From positions 5,704,001 through 5,768,000 of the forward strand of contig OZ024752.1 in assembly GCA_964016885.1 (NCBI GenBank): a DNA stretch of 64,000 nucleotides. The letters run 5' to 3'. Origin of the DNA: Eledone cirrhosa (taxonomy: Eukaryota). Both the position numbers and the translations under genes were made by a program. Shown piece by piece: positions 1-13,650 of the stretch; positions within the stretch are counted from its first letter, which is position 1, and each line of letters begins with the position of its first letter. The notes under the pieces are model-generated. The model saw nothing but the letters and a program-made list of their open reading frames with translations, searched no databases and had not been told where the DNA came from.

Positions 1-340
1 TGGTTTGTTTGTTTTTCCATGATTAACCAGATGAATGTTATTAGAAACCTGTTTGTATCCTCAGACAGAACAGCTACTCTTGACCACTAAAACAGTTGAC
101 AGGTTATAGAATATGAAAACAATAATAAATGAGTTATTTCAAAATTAACAAACACTGTACAAATAACACTAAGTCTGCCTTCTCACAAATTATTTTTTCT
201 TATTTAATCTAAACATCTTTAATTTTCAAATAAATTTAAATACAAAATCTAATTTAAAAAGTAAAGAATGATAAATTTGATTATTTATCAATCATATATA
301 TTGATTGAAGGCAAGAATAAGGCTGAAAAATTACAACTAT

Positions 341-520
341 GATGTTGTTGAAGATGGTAGATAATATAAAGAGGCTCAGGTGTGTTAAGAAGTAAAGGTG
401 TAGAATAATTAGAGGCAAAGAGAGAAGATGGATGTTGTTGAAGATGGTAGATAATATAAAGAGGCTCAGATGTGTTAAGAAGTAAAGGTATAGAATAATT
501 AGAGGCAAAGAGAGAAGATG
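341..520. repeat. Tandem duplication, 2 x 90 bp
   Basis: gatgttgttgaagatggtagataatataaagaggctcag... starts at both 341 and 431. Confidence 0.9.
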
Positions 521-904
521 GGAAGAAGCAGAAGATAAATATAACATGTAAACATATAAAGGTGTTTAATGTCACAAATGGTACAGCAGTCTAGTCCTTG
601 GAAAGGCTAGATTACTTCCCTTGTTTTTGAGATATCTTCATTGTGTGTGTGTGTGTGGTATGGGTGTGTGTGTGTGTGGATGTGGTATGGATGGGTGTGT
701 GTGTATGTGTAGTATGTGTATGTGGGTAAAACCCTTAGTTTAATAACCTCCAATTTAGCGGATCAAATAATCGTAATATATGTCTGTCCGTCTGTCACAT
801 TCACTTTATATAGAGAGAGAGGGAGCACCAAGTGAGAGATATGTACATAGATAGAGAGAGAGTGTGTGTGACAAAAAGAAGACAACATAACTCTCATCTA
901 ATAA

Positions 905-1120
905 CAATAATTTCTACTTTAGGCATAAAGCCAGTAATTTGGGGGAAAGCCGGTTATATCAAACCCCAGTTCTTTACTGGTACCGACCTTGGAAGAATGA
1001 AAAGCAAAGCTGACCTTGGCGGGATTTGAATGCATTAATAATAATAATAATTTTTAGTTTAGGCAGAAAGCCAACAGTTTGTGGGGAGGGAGGAAGTAAT
1101 TAACCCCCAGTATATGACTG
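905..1120 (-). mobile_element. Degenerate fragments of tRNA-derived SINE family 1
   Basis: tttaggcataaagccag...aaccccagt...tactggtac...gaatgaaaagcaaagctgaccttggcgggatttgaa matches the copies at 24445-24615 and 25120-25505. Confidence 0.65.
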
Positions 1121-1863
1121 ATAAATAATAATACAATACAGAACTATCATTAGTCACAGCAAAACACTCTTCAACTTACAACTTTGTGTGTATGTGCGTG
1201 TATGTGTTTGTGTGTGTGTGTTTGTATGTGTGTGTGTGTTTGTGTGTGTGTGTTTGTATATATGCGTATGTGTATATGTGTTAGTGTGTATGTGTTTGTG
1301 TGGTAAACCCTCAGTTTAACAACTACTACTTTAACAGACCAAATAATAGTAATAATACTAATACAATACACAACTATTACTACAGTCACTCTTCAACCAC
1401 AACATCAAAAGTAAAAATTACATATTCCGCAACTAATCATATATTGAGCACTCATATATTGTAGTAAGGTTTATATATATTTACATAAAACAATAAAAAA
1501 TGAGCCCTATGTTACCTTTGATTTAACAGATTTCAGCACAAAGGGGACACACTTCCTATTAGTCCTTTAAATGGAAGATTTATTCTCTGTGTCTATGTCT
1601 GTACGTGAGTATGCGTACGTGTGTGTGTGTAAATATATATATATATATATATAGGAAAAAGGTGGCAAGGATGTGGAAGTTCCAGCAACTGGATCTTTAC
1701 TGGTATTTCAAGCCACTCCAGTATATATGTAGGTATGGAATGAACAAAAATAAATAGTTGACACCTATACAGGTTTAGCTTTCTATGAGGCTAAACGTGC
1801 ATGTATATATATGTATGTATGTATGTATATCTGTATATATGTATACACACACACACACACATA

Positions 1864-1897
<34 letters not shown>

Positions 1898-3252
1898 TGT
1901 GTATGGGAGAGAGAGGGATATATATTTGTGTGCTTAACTAGAAGTATTTTCTACTCTAGCAGTGTATATACCAAGAAATGAAGTATATTCTTTAAAACAA
2001 CATCAGCAGCACCACTACCAGCAGTAGTTGCAGCACCAGCACTAACAGTTGCAGCAGAGGTTTTGTTATTAAACATACAAGTACATGTAAAGTACCAGCA
2101 TGAAAATGTCACAGCTGGAAGGAGATTGTTCTGAAGTTCTTGCAATCACTGTTTCTATAAAAATGATAAGAGTTCTATAGAGAAGTGATTCCTTATAGTT
2201 TGCTTTTAGAATTTCTTTGGCAGTTTTAAAATTTTTATTTCTATTTATTTGTGACCATATTTCTTATGGAATTTCAATTAATATGTTATTTCAATTAATT
2301 ACTGAATAATTACGAAGGATTTACCAATTTTCCAAAATGGTTAATTATTACATTACTAAGATAGTAATGTAATGTATATTTTTTTTAAAATAAAATTTTG
2401 TTGGAAGATTTTAATTTATATAGGAACATTTATTAATGTAGAATTTTAAGGGCTATACAAAAATTATTAACTATTTCATTATTAAGGTTTCTTTTTAAAA
2501 ATTATGGTGGAAGATTTTAATTTGAATAGGAACCCTTTAAAATGGGTTGTTTTCTTTGATAGAACCAGTAGGCTTTGGTCAATCAAAAGAGTTAATACAA
2601 ATTTAGGTTAATAAGAAAGCAAAATCCCAAACAAAAACCTGTTGCCTTATTCTGTATTTTGCTTTGTTATTAAGCTATCAAAGAGGAGGCACTTGGCACC
2701 TGGGGAGTGGGGCTTCAAATCCCGGGGGAGGAATGTTAGGGGAGAATTCAAATTGGGAATTCATTGTATATCTAGCAATATAGCTAACTATAAAGAGAAT
2801 TGTGAATTAATTGTCCACCATAAAAACTATTTCAATACAATTATTGAGGTTTGAACATTTTGTTGATGTTGATGTTAATATGGCACTAGATGACAATTGA
2901 AACTATGAAGGAATGTGATGACCTCGGTATCAAACAACCTTTAGGTTATATACAGTTATTGAAATTTGAAAAGCTTATTGATGTTATTAAATACTAGGGA
3001 GAGGAAACTAATTTAGTAGTTAAAGTGAGTAGATAAAGGAGAAAAACAAAATCTATTGAGGAATCAAGCAGGAGAAGAAAAGAAATTATCCAGGTGTAAT
3101 TATGGAACACACAGCAGGTAAACTAAATCTTCAAATGATTCCTTAGTGGCTTACATTGGTGATTGTCACAGGCAATCATCATTTGGTAAGAAAATTTTAA
3201 CAATTTGATCAGCAAAAAAATATATATGGTATCAATGCTATTACCACACACA

Positions 3253-3375
3253 CACTATATAGTTGTGGAATATCTCCAGTATCTCCAGCATCAACCTGTC
3301 TGTCTGTCTGTCTCTCACACACTATATAGTTGTGGAATATCTCCAGTATCTCCAGCATCAACCTGTCTGTCTCTC
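3253..3375. repeat. Short tandem duplication (~64 bp x 2)
   Basis: cactatatagttgtggaatatctccagtatctccagcatcaacctgtctgtct occurs twice. Confidence 0.85.
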
Positions 3376-3524
3376 TTTCACATATATATATATCCCTCTT
3401 TTTTGTTCCACCTATCTATATATTTCTCTAACTATATATATATCGACATTCGAACGACTTTTGTCAAATTGGACCGCAGAAACAATGTTTCCATTGGTCT
3501 TTCAATTACTAATACTATCTATCA

Positions 3525-3660
3525 GTTGCAACTCCAGGTAGAAGGAGCAATGTGAAATAAAGTGTCTTGCTCAAGGACATAACGCATTGCCTGGCCCAGG
3601 AATCGAACTGACAACCTCACGATTGGGAATCCAATTCTCTAACCAAACAGCCACGTTTCT
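3525..3660 (-). mobile_element. tRNA-derived SINE family 2, 5' part
   Basis: The minus strand has box A (TGGCTGTTTGG) and box B (GTTCGATTCC), followed by GTCCTTGAGCAAGACACTTTATTTCACATTGCTCC. Same family as 31070-31205 and 27215-27305. Confidence 0.75.
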
Positions 3661-3667
3661 TCACACA

Positions 3668-3719
<52 letters not shown>

Positions 3720-4851
3720 TGTTGGCTTCTTGCTCACAATAATTTCTATATTTTCATTTATATATGTATATATATATGTGTGGTTTATATATATATATAT
3801 ATATATAAACCACGTAATATGACAGCTGCAGCCTGATGATGTCTGTCACCCTTGTACCAGTAATTAGATTAGGTTTGGTTGTTGTTATGCTGAAAATATG
3901 TTGGGTCAATTTCTCTAGGATGTGATTAGTATTTTTACTTTATGTCTGGTGTTGTGGCGTATATTTGGAAGGTCCTTGACTTTAGGTATATAGACAATAT
4001 TTGTTTCAGTCTGTGGATAACATAGGTTAGGAGTTGTTAGGACAATTAACAGTTGTAGTTGTGTAAATTTTTATATTTACACTCTGCCTACATATCTAAT
4101 GCTTGGCTTATGCTATGTTTTGCCCTCTCTAAACACTTGACTTGCATCATATACGCATAGAACACACTGCGCTCCTTGCTACTGGCATTTAATTTTCACA
4201 AATTAATCTCTACGCTATCTTCTTGGATTGGATTGTACACTACACACCACGTAGTGAATAGTTGAATTCCACTATTATAGGCTTTCTGATGAAGTGTAAT
4301 AATAATTAAATATTGCATATGATTGAACAATATATATTGTAGTCAGCATATGTAGACAATTATAATAGACACAGAAACATATGTTAAATCAAATAAATTC
4401 CTAATCTCTTCACGCCGATGTTTTATTTTTCTTGGTGCAATACTTGCTTATATATATATCAACAGATTTCTCTACGTATAGACCTGAAGGCATAGAATTT
4501 ACTCAGTATTCTTTTTGGTTCAGATTTCAATTCCTTAATTTAATTCATTTTTTTAATCTTATTTTTCATTTTATATCAGCAACAATAATATGAACAAAAA
4601 CAGCAACAGCGACAATAACAGCAACAGTGACAACAGCAAGAACAATGACAACAACAACAACAAATATTATAAAATCATTTGTGTAATTAGTGTCAAGAAA
4701 CCTTAAAAGTTTATTTTAAGGAGAGGGATGAAAAAATTGGTAGTCATGGCATTTATAGCCTTACTCAGAAACAACAACTACAACAGAAGCAACAACTACA
4801 ACAATAATTATTTTCTAACACATTGATTCAGAAATTTCAAACTTTGTCAGA

Positions 4852-5468
4852 GAAGGTTTACTTAACAGTAATAATACTAGAGGTTTACTTAACAGTAATA
4901 ATACTAGAGGTTTACTTAACAGTAATAATACTAGGGGTTTACATAACAGTAATAATACTAGAGGTTTACTTAACAGTAATAATACTAGAGGTTTACTTAA
5001 CAGTAATAATACTAAAGGTTTACTTAAAGTAATAATACTAGAGGTTTACTTAACAGTAATAATACTAGAGGTTTACTTAACAGTAATAATACTAGGGGTT
5101 TACATAACAGTAATAATACTAGAGGTTTACTTAACAGTAATAATACTAGAGGTTTACTTAACAGTAATAATACTAGAGGTTTACTTAACAGTAATAATAC
5201 TAGAGGTTTACTTAACAGTAATAATACTAGAGGTTTACTTAACAGTAATAATACTAGGGGTTTACATAACAGTAATAATACTAGAGGTTTACTTAACAGT
5301 AATAATACTAGAGGTTTACTTAACAGTAATAATACTAGAGGTTTACTTAACAGTAATAATACTAGGGGTTTACATAACAGTAATAATACTAGAGGTTTAC
5401 TTAACAGTAATAATACTAGAGGTTTACTTAACAGTAATAATACTAGAGGTTTACTTAACAGTAATAAT
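4852..5468. repeat. Minisatellite, 27-bp unit (aggtttacttaacagtaataatactag), ~23 copies
   Basis: Direct reading; a ggggtttacata variant recurs. Confidence 0.97.
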
Positions 5469-5907
5469 GTTAAATATCTCAAGGCTTATTATTAGTAGTA
5501 TTATTTATAGTGTGCACAATAATTATTATAATTACTGGAGTCTCAACAAAGTCCTTAGACAGACAACACTTCTGAGTATATGTGTAGTATCAAACAAAAC
5601 AATCTTTTGGAAGATAGCAATTTGTGTTTCAAATATTATTATTATTATTATTATTACTAATGGATTACACAGTAAATATGATGATCACTGGATCTTCAAC
5701 TGTCTGTCGAGTTTCTAATGAGGACTTTGAAAAGACACTACTTTCCTGAGTGTATGTACACTGTCCAACAGAATGCTTTCGTAGGAGATCAATTTCTGTT
5801 TCACAGTCTATTTTGCTCAAGATACCATCTCAGTTTTAATGGTTTCAGCTTTAAGCTCCAAAGACAACAGAAATTACCTTCATGTTGTTAGGTGGCAATG
5901 GTGTTGC

Positions 5908-5938
<31 letters not shown>

Positions 5939-6019
5939 GATTAGAATTGGTCTTGGAACTCATAATTTCTGATACAGTCAGAGTAATTCTAATGTGATTA
6001 TGTGGAAAGAGAAATAGGG

Positions 6020-6177
6020 ACCTTTTGACATCTTGTAATGATTTAGTAGAACATATCTAAAAATAGGCTTGTTAATTCAAATGTTAATAGTAACTTTACT
6101 AGTGGACAGATCGTTGTGAAAATTTGCATTATTAGATACTTTTCATGACATTAACAAGACATTCTGAAAGAGTTAAT
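6020..6177. mobile_element. Degenerate copy of TTAA-MITE family B
   Basis: The internal atatctaaaa..ggcttgttaattcaaatgtt...ttactagtggacagat is shared with 22543-22757 and 27925-28140; it ends in gagttaa. Confidence 0.55.
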
Positions 6178-6457
6178 ATACCAAGAAGTGAACTGGGGGA
6201 ATATGGTTAATAACAACAGTGGAATATTCACAGAGAAGAGAGAGAAAAAAATGAAATATTTATTATGTTACAGCTGGTGTACATTTCATGTAAAAGGTCA
6301 GTCACACTGGACAGGAGATGAGGGGGGGGGGGTGTATGTATAAGACAGGAGCAGCAATGTTGTTTTTTTTTTTATTCCACGCTGTAACAAGTCTTTATGG
6401 AAAGGTGATGGTAAAAGTGTGAGTACAGTTTTTTTATAAAATCCCAGTTGATTATAT

Positions 6458-6459
<2 letters not shown>

Positions 6460-6515
<56 letters not shown>

Positions 6516-6950
6516 TGTGTGTGTGTCAGTGTGTGTGTGTGTGTGTGTCTGTGTGTGTACAACTTATAAATAAAACATTTAAAATGTCATATTGATCTTT
6601 AATACTTGATGGCTGTTTCTAATGAAACTCGAGTTTCTACAGGGTCAGCTAGCAGTAAGGAACAGTGTAATATTTATAGGGAGAGAGAGAGAGAGAGAGT
6701 GTGTGTGTAGGAGAGAGAGAGAGAGAGTGTGTGTTTGTGTAGGAGAGAGAGAGAGAGAGGGGGTGTGTGTGTGTGTAGGAGAGAGAGAGTGTGTGTTTGT
6801 GTGGTGTGGTGTGGTGTGGTGGTGGTGGGGTGTGTGTGTGTGGTGTGGTGTGGTGTGTATGTGTGTGGTGTGTGTGGTGTGGTGTGGTGTGTGTGTGTGT
6901 GTGTGTGTGGTGTGGTGTGGTGTGTGTGTGTATGTGTGTGTGTGGTGTGT

Positions 6951-6995
<45 letters not shown>
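6460..6995. repeat. Compound (GT)n/(GA)n/(GTGTG)n microsatellite
   Basis: Direct reading. Confidence 0.95.
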
Positions 6996-6996
<1 letters not shown>

Positions 6997-7116
6997 ATAT
7001 GTTCTACAGTTGCAGCAGAGTCTAATCTATTTATGTTATTTTCACCTGTATATGTTGTCAACTGCAGTAATACCTGCTACAGTCATACCTCATATTCCTT
7101 ATTACACACTCATCTC

Positions 7117-7149
<33 letters not shown>

Positions 7150-7214
7150 GTACAACCAAGTTTATATACAAAATCACACCCACACAAAGTTATATAAAAA
7201 AAATACACGCACTT

Positions 7215-7490
7215 ATATACACATAGTTACACTTCTACACACCTAGTTACACAGATATACACCTAGTTACACTTCTACACACCTAGTTACACAGATATAC
7301 ACCTAATTACACTTCTAAACACCTAGTTACACTTCTACACACCTAGTTACACAGATATACACCTAGTTACACTTCTACACACCTAGTTACACAGATATAC
7401 ACCTAGTTACACAGATATACACCTAATTACACTTCTAAACACCTAATTACACTTCTAAACACCTAGTTACACAGATCTAAACCAATTTAC
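7215..7490. repeat. Minisatellite, 20-bp unit with two interspersed variants (acacctagttacacttctac / acacctagttacacagatat)
   Basis: Direct reading. Confidence 0.93.
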
Positions 7491-7519
7491 AGGTAAATAC
7501 AGGTGAAACAATTACAACT

Positions 7520-7730
7520 TTACTGACCATATTTCTAATGAAATTCACTGCATTTCAATAAATTGAGGAAGAATTTTGAATGATTAACTAAAATTATTAA
7601 TTAATTCATTATTAAGATAGTAACTTAACATATGGCTTTTATATAAAACTTTGTGGGAAAATTTTAATTTAAATAGGAACTCTTTAAAATTGGTTTTATT
7701 TGATGGTCAGGTTGGTATTAAAAAGGTTAA
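7520..7730. mobile_element. TTAA-MITE family A copy (degenerate)
   Basis: Runs from tgaccatatttctaatgaaatt to ggttggtattaaaaaggttaa. Related to 17915-18151, 2250-2560, 27530-27657, 28530-28720 and 42790-43010. Confidence 0.55.
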
Positions 7731-8087
7731 AATAGAACAAAAAAGGTTAAAATAGAACAAAAAGAGGAAAAACAGATTTCAGTTGAATAAATCGAAGACT
7801 GATTGACAAAAACAGGTAACCAGAGACAGACAGACAGACAGACAGATGAACTGATTGACAGAAAATGACAGTTATATTTTGGAAACAGTTTAAAGGAAAT
7901 CCTGAGTAGTAGTAGTAGTAGTGTTGATGGAGTTATGGTCAAATGAAAAAGATTTGGAACATTGCAGGGGAAGTTTATTTTTATTAACGATAAATGTGGT
8001 GGTGGGAGGTGATAAAAAATACTGGAAAATGTGTGTATATATATATAGATGTGTATATATATATATAAATGTGTGTGTGTGTATGTC

Positions 8088-8154
<67 letters not shown>

Positions 8155-8241
8155 GTGTATATATAGATGTGTGTGTGTATATATATGTATATTTAAATGT
8201 GTGTGTGTATGTCTATATATATATATAAATGTGTGTGTGTA

Positions 8242-8287
<46 letters not shown>

Positions 8288-8739
8288 GAGAGAGAGAAAG
8301 GTGCGTATATATATATATATAGATGTGTGTGTGTATATATATATATAAATGTGTGTGTGTATGTCTATATATATATGTAGAGAGAGAGAAAGGTGTGTGT
8401 ATATATATATATATATGCGTGTGTGTATGTTTGGAAGAGTAAGGAACTAAGGTGAAGATAACGTTAGTTATGTCTACATCTACCAATAACAATATATATT
8501 TGTCTAGTGTAAAGTTATGTTCCAAACACCATCTTCACTCTATAAACACCAAACCTGCTCAAAATAACCTTTATTTAAGAGTTGAAACTGAAATTCGTTG
8601 TACAGAAATCTTATTACACGACAGATAAATATTAGATTTCAAGAGTTAAATATTTGAAAGTTATGTCACTAAACTTCTTATCAATAATTCTCGGTTATTT
8701 TGATAATTAAAACACAGGCAGTATATTCTTGTGAGAAAA

Positions 8740-8902
8740 ATGGTAATGAAAGGGTTAAAATGGTCATAAATGGGTTAAAATGGTCACGAAGGGGTTAAAA
8801 TGGTCATGAAGGGGTTAAAATGGTCACAAAGGGGTTAAAATGGTCACAAAGGGGTTAAAATGGTCACAAAGGGGTTAAAATGGTCACAAAGGGGTTAAAA
8901 TG
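8740..8902. repeat. Minisatellite, 20-bp unit (tggtcacaaaggggttaaaa), ~8 copies
   Basis: Direct reading; the first unit coincides with a MITE-family-A terminus. Confidence 0.93.
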
Positions 8903-9019
8903 AAATTCAGCAGTTTAGACAAGGTGTGAGAAATATTCTGGGATTAATCAAGATTTGTTTAGTTTTAGGTACAGGTTTGTTGGTAGTGCTCAATATATGA
9001 ACAGCAACATATAACATAT

Positions 9020-9865
9020 ATGATGATGATGACAACAGTGGTGATGATGGTGATGACAACAGTGGTGATGATGGTGATGACAACAGTGGTGATGATGATG
9101 ATGACAACAGTGGTGATGATGATGATGACAACAGTGGTGATGATGATGATGATGAGGATGATGATGATGATGACAACAGTGATGATGATGGTGATGACAA
9201 CAGTGGTGATGATGGTGATGACAACAGTGGTGATGATGGTGATGACAACAGTGGTGATGATGGTGATGACAACAGTGGTGATGATGGTGATGACAACAGT
9301 GGTGATGATGGTGATGACAACAGTGGTGATGATGGTGATGACAACAGTGGTGATGATGATGATGACAACAGTGGTGATGATGATGATGATGAGGATGATG
9401 ATGATGATGACAACAGTGATGATGATGGTGATGACAACAGTGGTGATGATGGTGATGACAACAGTGGTGATGATGGTGATGACAACAGTGGTGATGATGA
9501 TGATGACAACAGTGGTGATGATGATGATGATGAGGATGATGATGATGATGACAACAGTGATGATGATGGTGATGACAACAGTGGTGATGATGGTGATGAC
9601 AACAGTGGTGATGATGGTGATGACAACAGTGATGATGATGATGATGACAACAGTGGTGATGATGATGATGATGAGGATGATGATGGTGATGACAACAGTG
9701 GTGATGATGGTGATGACAACAGTGGTGATGATGGTGATGACAACAGTGGTGATGATGGTGATGATGAGGATGATGATGGTGATGACAACAGTGGTGATGA
9801 TGATGATGATGATGAGGATGATGATGGTGATGACAACAGTGATGATGATGATGGTGGTGGTGGTG
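9020..9865. repeat. (GAT)n-derived minisatellite, ~24-bp unit (gatgatggtgatgacaacagtggt), with higher-order blocks
   Basis: Direct reading; longer gaggatgat-containing units recur. Confidence 0.95.
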
Positions 9866-10225
9866 AGAATGTTTTACTTTGATGCAAGTTTGTTGGTATT
9901 ATTCAATAAATGAGCACCAACATATATAACAACAAATGATGATGATGATGATGGTGGTGATGGTGGTGATGGTGAGTGATGACGACGACGATGGTGACGA
10001 TGGTGATGATGATGATGACAGCAACGATTATTGATAATGATGACAATGATGACAACAATGATAGTGGTGATAAGAAGATAATGAGCAACAACAACAACAA
10101 CAGCAACAACAACAGCAGCAACAACAACAACAACCAAGTGAAGAGGTATATAGTAGTTTATCTTCTGGAAACTTACAGTGATGGAGTGGAAGACTTGTAT
10201 TTTAAAACATAACGTTTGATGTCAA

Positions 10226-10278
<53 letters not shown>

Positions 10279-10809
10279 CCAAATATATACAACAACAACA
10301 ACAACAACAGTGTTTATAATCCAAGAGATGATAAATATTTTATAAAATAAACAAAACTGTAAAAGTTAGAAATGAAAATGTTTTCCAAATATACGACTGC
10401 TTTTCTCAAAAAAATGGTGTGTGTGTGTGTGTGACAATGATTGAGTCTATGTGTATATCACTGTGTCATTATATGTGTGTGTGTATGTTCGCATTATATA
10501 TGTGTATGTATATATATATGTATGTGTAAGTTTATACAGTACAGGAGAGAGAATATAGCAGATAGTAATAATAATAATAATAATAATATAAATGGAAGGC
10601 AGAACCGCAATGGTGAAGGTAGCTGGTTCAATCTACCGCTGGAACTGGTATCATCAATGGTAAGGTATATCCACACTAATTAGTTCCACAGTCGCCGATG
10701 TTAACTTTGCCTTTCATCCTTACGGGGTCGTTAAAATAAAGTACCAGTAATACACTGGTAAATTGCTGGCCTTGTGCCAAAAGTAGAAACAATTATTACT
10801 GTTTACTAA

Positions 10810-11061
10810 TGTGTGTGTGTGTGTTTGATTGTATGTGTGTTTATATGTAAGTGTATCGTTGTTCCATATGTACGTTTTTACATGCGGATGTTGTTATTTG
10901 CTTGTCTGTGTATATATATATATGTGTGTGTGTATGTATATATATATATATGTGTGTGTATGTATATATATATGTGTGTGTGTTTATATAAATGTGTATG
11001 TGGCACTCTTTCTCTGTGTGCATATAAAGTGTGTGTGTGTGTGTGTGTCAGTGTTTACGTA

Positions 11062-11100
<39 letters not shown>

Positions 11101-11248
11101 GAAGTGTGTTTATGTGTGTCAGTATTTATGTATGTGTGTGTGTGTGTATATATATATAGAAATGTGTTTATGTGTGTCAGTGTTTATGTATGTGTGTGTG
11201 TATATATATATATATATATAAGTGTGTTTATGTGTCAGTGTTTATGTA

Positions 11249-11280
<32 letters not shown>

Positions 11281-11310
11281 GAAATGTGTTTATGTGTGTC
11301 TGTTTATGTA

Positions 11311-11351
<41 letters not shown>

Positions 11352-11374
11352 TTATGTGTGTCAGTATTTATGTA

Positions 11375-11406
<32 letters not shown>

Positions 11407-11425
11407 AGTGTGTTTATGTGTGTAA
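10810..11425. repeat. Compound (TG)n/(TA)n repeat with a recurring ~55-60 bp unit (gtgtttatgtgtgtcagtgtttatgta...)
   Basis: Direct reading. Confidence 0.9.
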
Positions 11426-11822
11426 GATTCGACTGGCACATGTTGATGGCTGAGCAGTTCAACGTGTTATGTATTGATTGATAGATGCAGTAGCAGTGGT
11501 TGGTTCCATTGGGAGAGAGGGAGAGAGTGGGAGGGAGAGAGACAAGACAGGGAGTCAGAGAGAGACAAAGGGATGGATATATATATATATACAGAGAGAG
11601 AGAGAGAGAGAGAGGGAAAAAGAGAGAGATAACATCATGCCACCTAAAAACATTTTTTCAAATTCTGCTCTGCCCGTCCCTTCAATCTTTCTTATTTCTT
11701 ATTCTTTCTTCTGATGAAGGACTAGCATCCGAAACTCTAAGACCCTCTTCCTGCTATTTCAAGCCTTAAATAATATATGATTTCCATATACTGTACCGAT
11801 TGTGTTGTTATTTCTGTTTACC

Positions 11823-11852
<30 letters not shown>

Positions 11853-11853
<1 letters not shown>

Positions 11854-11963
11854 TCATCATCATCGCTTTACGTCCGTTCTTCCACACTAACATGGGTTAG
11901 ACGAGTTGTCCTGTTGTGGGCAGTGTCCAGTCGGCTGACCATGTCTTGCTCATACGGGAACTG
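11853..11963 (-). mobile_element. 3' fragment of a short element with RTE-like tail and (GAT)n end
   Basis: The minus strand ends aacccatgttagtgtggaagaacggacgtaaagcgatgatgatg; it sits between (CA)n and (TA)n tracts. Confidence 0.65.
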
Positions 11964-11982
11964 ATATATATATATGTGTATG

Positions 11983-12052
<70 letters not shown>

Positions 12053-12082
12053 TACATATATATAATATATACACACACACAT

Positions 12083-12113
<31 letters not shown>

Positions 12114-12271
12114 CACATACATACATATATATATATATAATATACACACACACACACATATATATACATATATATACATATACATATATAAACTTTTATA
12201 AGGTTAAATCTATACACATATAAAATATATATTAAGTTACTTAACAAGGAAAACTCAAACATTAAACTCAG

Positions 12272-12458
12272 AGTGGATTGGCAGAATCGGTAGAGCGTCG
12301 GACGCCTGTTTTGCAGTATAGAGTTACGGCCCTTTACTGTCTGAGTTCAAATCCTGTTGAGGTTAACTCAGCTTTTCATCCTTACAGCGTCGATAAAATA
12401 AAGTACCAGTAATGCACTGGGATAATTGCTGGCCTTGTGCCAAAAGTAGAAACAATTA
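12272..12458 (+). mobile_element. tRNA-derived SINE family 1, near full length
   Basis: Box A TGGCAGAATCGG and box B GAGTTCAAATCC, then a central ctcagcttttcatcctt..gtcgataaaataaagtaccag domain resembling the MetaSINE-type core as recalled. A partial copy lies at 10690-10800. Confidence 0.8.
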
Positions 12459-12502
12459 TGGTGATGCTGATGATGAAAATGTATCTAATAGATCTGTACA
12501 AT

Positions 12503-12820
12503 AAACAACAGTAACAACAACAACAACAACAGTAACAACAACAGTAACAACAACAACAACAGTAACAACAACAACAGTAACAACAACAACAACAACAACA
12601 GTAACAACAACAGTAACAACAACAAGAGTAACAACAACAGTAACAACAACAACAACAGTAACAGCAACAACAACAACAGTAACAACAACAACAACAACAA
12701 CAACAGTAACAACAACAACAACAGTAACAACAACAGCAGTAACAACAACAGTAACAACAACAACAGTAACAACAACAGTAACAAAAACAACAGTAACAAC
12801 AACAACAGTAACAACAACAG
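12503..12820. repeat. (AAC)n interrupted by AGT
   Basis: Direct reading. Confidence 0.95.
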
Positions 12821-13650
12821 TCTGTGACAACCTCTCTAGTACTGTAGTAACTCTCACCAAGTCTGTGACAACCTCTCTAGTACTGTAGTAACTCTCACCA
12901 AGTCTGTGACAACCTCTCTAGTACTGTAGTAACTCTCACCAAGTCTGTGACAACCTCTCTAGTACTGTAGTAACTCTCACTAAGTCTGTGACAACCTCTC
13001 TAGTACTGTAGTAACTCTCACCAAGTCTGTGACAACCTCTCTAGTACTGTAGTAACTCTCACCAAGTCTGTGACAACCTCTCTAGTACTGTAGTAACTCT
13101 CACCAAGTCTGTGACAACCTCTCTAGTACTGTAGTAACTCTCACCAAGTCTGTGACAACCTCTCTAGTACTGTAGTAACTCTCACCAAGTCTGTGACAAC
13201 CTCTCTAGTACTGTAGTAACTCTCACCAAGTCTGTAACAACCTCTCTAGTACTGTAGTAACTCTCACTAAGTCTGTAACAACCTCTCTAGTACTGTAGTA
13301 ACTCTCACTAAGTCTGTAACAACCTCTCTAGTACTGTAGTAACTCTCACTAAGTCTGTGACAACCTCTCTAGTACTGTAGTAACTCTCACCAAGTCTGTG
13401 ACAACCTCTCTAGTACTGTAGTAACTCTCACTAAGTCTGTGACAACCTCTCTAGTACTGTAGTAACTCTCACTAAGTCTGTAACAACCTCTCTAGTACTG
13501 TAGTAACTCTCACCAAGTCTGTGACAACCTCTCTAGTACTGTAGTAACTCTCACTAAGTCTGTAACAACCTCTCTAGTACTGTAGTAACTCTCACTAAGT
13601 CTGTGACAACCTCTCTAGTACTGTAGTAACTCTCACTAAGTCTGTAACAA
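12819..13650. repeat. Minisatellite, 41-bp unit (agtctgtgacaacctctctagtactgtagtaactctcacca), ~20 copies
   Basis: Units start at 12860 and 12901, giving a period of 41. Confidence 0.97.

Noticed and set aside
2096-2154. Possible next PHLDB exon after 14722
   Set aside because: It has an acceptor-like site, but the required phase-2 frame hits TGA.
8907-9913. Long Ser/Pro/Leu and Met/Thr/Val ORFs
   Set aside because: Products of a (GAT)n-derived minisatellite. I found no splice sites matching the phase-2 donor at 14722.
12272-12360. tRNA gene
   Set aside because: Box A and box B are present, but the sequence continues into a multi-copy SINE body and I could not fold a full cloverleaf.
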